This document shows positions 6,701 through 11,067 of a DNA stretch of 11,067 nt, piece after piece (positions within the stretch are counted from its first letter, which is position 1; each line of letters begins with the position of its first letter). The notes under the pieces were generated by a model. The model had not been told where the DNA came from. It searched no databases and saw only the letters and a list, made by a program, of their open reading frames with translations. The stretch covers positions 62,588-73,654 of the forward strand of contig JBDGSM010000017.1 in the NCBI GenBank assembly GCA_042217545.1. The letters run 5' to 3'. The position numbers and the translations under genes are program-made. This stretch comes from Candidatus Nanohalobium sp. GTDB taxonomy: Archaea; Nanohalarchaeota; Nanosalinia; Nanosalinales; Nanosalinaceae.

Positions 6701-7879
6701 ATGGCATATGGAAAACTCGCAAAAGGGATCTCCGAAGAAGAGGCCAGAAGAAAGCTCGAAAGAGTGATGCCATCACAGGAAAGAAAGAAAAGCTTCCAGG
6801 GCTCCTCACCCAGCATCTTCATCGGAAGCCACAGCTATCCCAAGGTAAACACAGGAGTCCTCTCCCCACAACAGCATCTCGGCAGCTCAGGCCTCATGGA
6901 CTCACCAAAGGACTGGTACGGAGAAAACTATTCTATAGAAAAAGTAGCCTCCCTGAGAACTTCTCTAGTCAACTCCAAGGAAAGACAACAGGTCTCAAAG
7001 CCCGGCCAGTTCGCGCAAAACACGAGAGAGATCGCCATGGCAAGAAAACCCGTCGATATAGAAGTAGAGCTCGAGAAAAGGCCTGGACAGAGCATCTCAG
7101 GCGGGAGAGCGAAGCCCGTCTCCGCTTCAGGAAACATCGAAGCCTTCAACCTGGGAGAAAATCCTACCGTGGAGAGAAAGATCGAGGACATGTTCTACGA
7201 CAGAGATGCCAAAGCAGAGACCGCAGTAGATGAACTACATCAGAAAGGAGTGGACAACTACCAGATACAGCAGAGCTTCACAGCAGGCATGCTTGGAGAG
7301 GAGAAGAACCGGGAGCTGGTACCGACAAGGTGGAGCATTACAGCGACGGACGATATGATATCGAATAAGCTGCGGCAGCAGGTGAAGAACTTCCAGGAAC
7401 TTGGGCAGATCGAGTATTACAATAATGAATACGTTGGCAACGATTTCCACATCTTCCTGATACCTGGCCGCTGGGAGTACGAGCTTATCGAGATGAAAAG
7501 ACCTGGCTCAGTCTGGAACGCCGCGGAAAACACTTACATCGCACAGGACTACGAACCGTTCTCGGGAAGGACCAGTTACGCAGAACAGACCGCAGGAGCA
7601 TTCTACGCAGCCAGGTTAGGAACACTGGAACACCTGAAGGAAAGAAAGAGACAGGCAAAGGCCCTGATCCTGCGAGACGTAAGTCCTGAATACTGGGCGC
7701 CTCTCGGAGTCTGGGTAATACGAGAGACTGTAAGAAACGCCTTCGACGAGAAGCAGGAGATCGACACGTTCCAGGACGTAAAACAGGTGATAGGCAGCGA
7801 GTTCAAGTTCCTGTATCACAGGCTCAAAAAAGAATCCAAGATGATTGGAAGCCGTCAGGCCTCCATAACGGACTTCTAA
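6701..7879 (+). CDS. nreA: Nre-family archaeal DNA repair protein (DUF650/DUF651), PCNA-interacting
   Basis: Motifs PSIFIGSHSYPKV, LVPTRWSITATDD, YEPFSGRTSYA, GAFYAARL, YWAPLGVWVIRE; C-terminal PIP box QASITDF. Confidence 0.92.
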   Translation: MAYGKLAKGISEEEARRKLERVMPSQERKKSFQGSSPSIFIGSHSYPKVNTGVLSPQQHLGSSGLMDSPKDWYGENYSIEKVASLRTSLVNSKERQQVSKPGQFAQNTREIAMARKPVDIEVELEKRPGQSISGGRAKPVSASGNIEAFNLGENPTVERKIEDMFYDRDAKAETAVDELHQKGVDNYQIQQSFTAGMLGEEKNRELVPTRWSITATDDMISNKLRQQVKNFQELGQIEYYNNEYVGNDFHIFLIPGRWEYELIEMKRPGSVWNAAENTYIAQDYEPFSGRTSYAEQTAGAFYAARLGTLEHLKERKRQAKALILRDVSPEYWAPLGVWVIRETVRNAFDEKQEIDTFQDVKQVIGSEFKFLYHRLKKESKMIGSRQASITDF

Positions 7880-7922
7880 GACAGGAAAAATTCTCTTTCA
7901 GGACTCTAAAGCTTAAACCCGT

Positions 7923-7973
7923 TGTAATACAAGCAAGCTTACCTTTATAATGGAGTTTTGTAAATGTATTACA
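7923..7973 (+). promoter_or_regulatory. Promoter with inverted operator boxes TGTAATACA...TGTATTACA flanking the TATA box
   Basis: 9-bp perfect inverted repeat at 7923-7931 and 7965-7973, with TTTATAA at 7944-7950 between them. Confidence 0.65.
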
Positions 7974-7980
7974 TAGTTGG

Positions 7981-8124
7981 ATGGCAACGGTCTCAGTAAG
8001 GCTCTCAGACAGATTGAATGACGAAGTCGAAGAAATGGTCGAGAGAGGAGTTTTCAAGGACAAGACCGATGCCTTCCACGAATCTATCAGGCTTCTGCTC
8101 CGGGAATACGGAGCAGAGCTTTAG
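7981..8124 (+). CDS. Ribbon-helix-helix (CopG/Arc/MetJ, CdrS-like) DNA-binding protein, 47 aa; absent from ORF track
   Basis: MATVSVRLSDRLNDEVEEMVERGVFKDKTDAFHESIRLLLREYGAEL*; beta-strand TVSVRL, a helix, a G-x-F turn and a second helix. Confidence 0.88.
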   Translation: MATVSVRLSDRLNDEVEEMVERGVFKDKTDAFHESIRLLLREYGAEL

Positions 8125-8157
8125 AAAACCTTTATTCCCCCTCCCCCACATTTTAAC

Positions 8158-8183
8158 GGGGGCATCGAGGGATCGGTGCCCCT
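8158..8183. terminator. GC-rich stem-loop between convergent genes
   Basis: GGGGCATCGA-GGGA-TCGGTGCCCC forms a 10-bp stem (one G-U on the + strand) with a GNRA loop. Confidence 0.5.
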
Positions 8184-9164
8184 TCACCCCTCTTCTTCCC
8201 AGGAAGTCACGTCATGATAATTCAACGTCACGTAAGTGTACATGTAAGTCGACAGAGGAACTTTAACGTAGAGCATGACGATCAGGAAGGTTACTACCCC
8301 CACAAATGCAACCAGTAGAAGCAGGACAGGACTGATCAAAAGCCCTATGAAGCCCATGACTCCGAAAGGCACTATAAGCAGGACCAGTAAGGCAATCATC
8401 GCCGTGAACTGCGCTATACCCAGCGCAATCCCAACAAAGAACCTTGTTATCTCGAAGACGGCTACTTCACGCCACTCCGCCCTGATCTTCGGCCATACAT
8501 CTCTCCAGGCCTGAACAAGGCCTTCATCTCCCTCCATCATCTTAAGCAATGCGAAATGGTTCACAAGGCCTGAGAAAACAGTTGCTGCAATGACTATCGG
8601 CAACCAGATAAGCAAGAGAATGATTCCTGCAAGTAAAGAACCCGAGCCCAGCGCTGCCAGCGGAATAGCCAGTGTAGCCAGCAGGAACAGTATGTAAACA
8701 ATCTTGAAGCCGAAGTACTGGAGACCTTTCCTGGCGTATTTCCTCATGTTCTTCATGATCGACGGTTTCTCGTCAAGCACCGTCTGGTAGTAGATGAACT
8801 GGAATAGCGACGAAATATAGAGGAAGAAACCTCCTATCGCAACGAAAACCAGCAATAAAAGTACTGCTAAGCCCGTACGTGATCCGAAAGCCATTCCCGA
8901 CATGTTTCCCGCACTCACATTTACGTTAAGAGCTGAAGAGTTCGTTGTTGCATGCTCCGGTGCGTCTGGAGTAAAAACAGAGTGAGAGTTACCGGCAAAT
9001 GACATGTCAGGGGTTGATCCCGGCAGGTTGAAACCCGGACCCACTCCAGTGGCCAGAACCGCTATTACAGCTATCTTGGTCCACGTCGAAATGTTGAAAG
9101 GTAAAAGGATCTCCTTCGTCTTATCCATCGCCTTATCCAGGTTATCAAGTCCGTACCAAGACAT
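8184..9164 (-). CDS. Polytopic membrane protein of unknown function (resembles the haloarchaeal DUF7544-type family)
   Basis: About 6-7 hydrophobic segments; N-terminus MSWYGLDNLDKAMDKTKEILLPF..W.KIAVI. ATG 9164 lies 22-28 nt below a minus-strand TATAAAA (9192-9186). The family name is from memory and was not searched. Confidence 0.85.
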   Translation of the reverse strand: MSWYGLDNLDKAMDKTKEILLPFNISTWTKIAVIAVLATGVGPGFNLPGSTPDMSFAGNSHSVFTPDAPEHATTNSSALNVNVSAGNMSGMAFGSRTGLAVLLLLVFVAIGGFFLYISSLFQFIYYQTVLDEKPSIMKNMRKYARKGLQYFGFKIVYILFLLATLAIPLAALGSGSLLAGIILLLIWLPIVIAATVFSGLVNHFALLKMMEGDEGLVQAWRDVWPKIRAEWREVAVFEITRFFVGIALGIAQFTAMIALLVLLIVPFGVMGFIGLLISPVLLLLVAFVGVVTFLIVMLYVKVPLSTYMYTYVTLNYHDVTSWEEEG

Positions 9165-9259
9165 AACCACGAATGCGGGAAAGGATTTTATAGTCATTAT
9201 CCCTTCCAACAGAACAAGATTCAGAGGCCTTAAATGACTTCACACCTCCTTGAAGAAAC

Positions 9260-11067
9260 ATGAACCTCTTCCCCTTCTCCGAAAAACGAGAGAAACAGGA
9301 CCAGATGATCGAAAAAGTCCAGGAAGCAATAGACAGAGAAGGAACACTTGTCGCCCACGCCCCGACAGGCCTTGGAAAAACTGCAGCAGCACTCACACCA
9401 GGCCTTGAAAAAGCACTGGAGGGCGATGAAAAAGTAATCTTCCTGACACCTCGGCACAGCCAGCACCAGATCGCACTGGAGACCGCAGAGAAGATCAATA
9501 AGAGACACGACGCGAACGTGAAGACTGTCGACCTGATCGGGAAGGACCACCTATGTGAAGCAGATTCGATCAGCAGAGGCGGGGAAGGCCCTGATTGCCC
9601 GAGACATGAAAACACTTTCACTGACAGCCATGAATTAACCGATAAGGCGAAGAGAAAGATCAAGGAGCTTCAGGGACCGGCCTTGACCGCGGAAGAGGTC
9701 AAGAAGCGGTGTAACGATGTATGTGCCTACCAGATATCTCTTTACATGACTCAGAAAGCAGATCTGATCGTAGCTGACTACTTCCACATCTTCCATCCTG
9801 CTGTACGTGATATAGTGCTGGAGAAAGCTGAATCAGATCTCAGCGACTGCATACTTGTAGTAGACGAGGCACATAACCTTCCTTCAAGGACGAGAAGTCT
9901 CTTCTCCGTCAACCTCTCGATCCCGAACATTGACCGGGCAATAACCGAGGCGGAGAAGTTCGGATTCTACCAGGAACAGGAGAACCTTGAACAGCTGAAA
10001 AACCGGGTAAACAGACTGGCCCGGGAAAAACTCGGCCAGGAAACCCATGAGGAAACAGTGAAGAAAGAAGACGTGAAAGACCCTGTAGACAGTTTCTACA
10101 GCTATGAGGAGCTTATAGTAGACCTGGAAGCCGCTGCGGAGGAAGTACACGAGGAAAAGGAGAAAAGCTACTGTTCCGGCATCGCAGAATTTTTAGATGC
10201 CTGGAAGGGAAAAGACAAGGGCTTCGTAAGAGCGATCAAACGTGTGATAAGCGACGGGGGCGACAGACGTATCCAGATCAACTACTCCTGCCTCAACCCG
10301 CAGATCTCCACCGAAAAACCGTTGAACGGGTCAAAGGCCTCCGTACTGATGTCCGGAACCCTGACACCGCCTTCCATGTACGTCGACCTCCTGGGAATCG
10401 ATGAAAATAAAAACGAGTCAGTAGAGTTCGGCTCTCCTTTCCCAGAAGAGAACAAGCTGGAACTCGTCATACCGACACTCACGACAAAGTACGAGGAAAG
10501 AGACGAATCCATGAGGCAGAAATACGCCTGGTACCTATCGAAAAGCTTCGATGCCGTGGATGGAAACTGCGCAGTATTCTTCCCGAGCTACAGCTTCATG
10601 TACAAGATAAAAGAAGAACTGAAACAGCACACCGACAGGAAAATATTCACAGAGGACCGCAGCCTCGACAAGGAAGGAAAACAGGAAGTACTGGACGATT
10701 TCGCAAACACCGCAAAAGAAGGAAACTCCGTACTGCTCGGAGTCGCTGCAGGAAGCTTCGGAGAGGGAATAGACTACCCCGGCGAAAAGCTGAAAGGCGT
10801 CTTCATCGTAGGCCTTCCATTACAGAGGCCTGATCTCGAGACCAAAGGCCTTATCGAATTCCTGGACGAGAAATTCGGCAAGGGCTGGGATTACGGCTAC
10901 AGCTATCCTGCTATGAACCGTGCGGTACAGGCCGCCGGTCGCTGCATACGTTCGAAGGAGGACGAGGGCGTTATCGTCTACATGGACAAGAGATACTCCT
11001 GGAGCAATTACCGAAAAGTTCTGCCACCCGAGACAAGTTTGAAGAAGAGTCGTGCGCCGTGGCAGGA
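9260..11067 (+). CDS. xpd: XPD/Rad3/DinG-family Fe-S DNA helicase, 3' end outside window; absent from ORF track
   Basis: Starts MNLFPFSEKREKQDQM (Q motif). Motifs APTGLGKT, VDEAHN, MSGTL, FFPSY, GEGIDYPG, QAAGRCIRS; four Cys (HLC, PDC, KRC, VCAY) suit a [4Fe-4S] cluster. TATA-like CTTAAAT at 9229-9235. Confidence 0.95.
   Translation, partial: MNLFPFSEKREKQDQMIEKVQEAIDREGTLVAHAPTGLGKTAAALTPGLEKALEGDEKVIFLTPRHSQHQIALETAEKINKRHDANVKTVDLIGKDHLCEADSISRGGEGPDCPRHENTFTDSHELTDKAKRKIKELQGPALTAEEVKKRCNDVCAYQISLYMTQKADLIVADYFHIFHPAVRDIVLEKAESDLSDCILVVDEAHNLPSRTRSLFSVNLSIPNIDRAITEAEKFGFYQEQENLEQLKNRVNRLAREKLGQETHEETVKKEDVKDPVDSFYSYEELIVDLEAAAEEVHEEKEKSYCSGIAEFLDAWKGKDKGFVRAIKRVISDGGDRRIQINYSCLNPQISTEKPLNGSKASVLMSGTLTPPSMYVDLLGIDENKNESVEFGSPFPEENKLELVIPTLTTKYEERDESMRQKYAWYLSKSFDAVDGNCAVFFPSYSFMYKIKEELKQHTDRKIFTEDRSLDKEGKQEVLDDFANTAKEGNSVLLGVAAGSFGEGIDYPGEKLKGVFIVGLPLQRPDLETKGLIEFLDEKFGKGWDYGYSYPAMNRAVQAAGRCIRSKEDEGVIVYMDKRYSWSNYRKVLPPETSLKKSRAPWQ

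Noticed and set aside
6701..6800. Nre lacking the N-terminal Cys cluster
   Set aside because: As I recall, haloarchaeal NreA proteins also lack it, so it is not distinctive.
39..10512. Numerous S/F/R-rich antisense and alternate-frame ORFs in the track (e.g. 2213-2617, 3580-4062, 4358-4900, 9145-9663)
   Set aside because: They overlap well-identified genes and show the composition expected from the reverse complement or shifted frames of acidic-protein codons.

Overview
Core-chromosome window from a halophilic archaeon with strongly acidic proteins, compact genes and about 50% GC, most consistent with a Nanohaloarchaeota (DPANN) genome (inference). Gene order: 5'-truncated enolase, a small 2-TM membrane ORF, uS2, two acidic coiled-coil hypotheticals, the L7Ae-eS28-eL24 operon, aIF5B, a divergent frameshifted TFB-like gene (minus), Nre DNA-repair protein, a stand-alone RHH protein, a polytopic membrane protein (minus) and a 3'-truncated XPD/Rad3 Fe-S helicase. 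Main observations: (1) the palindrome AGGCCT occurs 31 times where about 2-3 are expected, in all reading frames and in spacers, resembling a HIP1-like iterated palindrome; (2) the L7Ae 5' UTR holds a k-turn that masks the Shine-Dalgarno sequence and competes with an alternative SD-freeing hairpin; (3) a Zn-ribbon-less TFB paralogue has its HTH in the -1 frame; (4) a membrane-anchor ORF continues in frame directly after the enolase TGA. All counts and alignments were done by eye.
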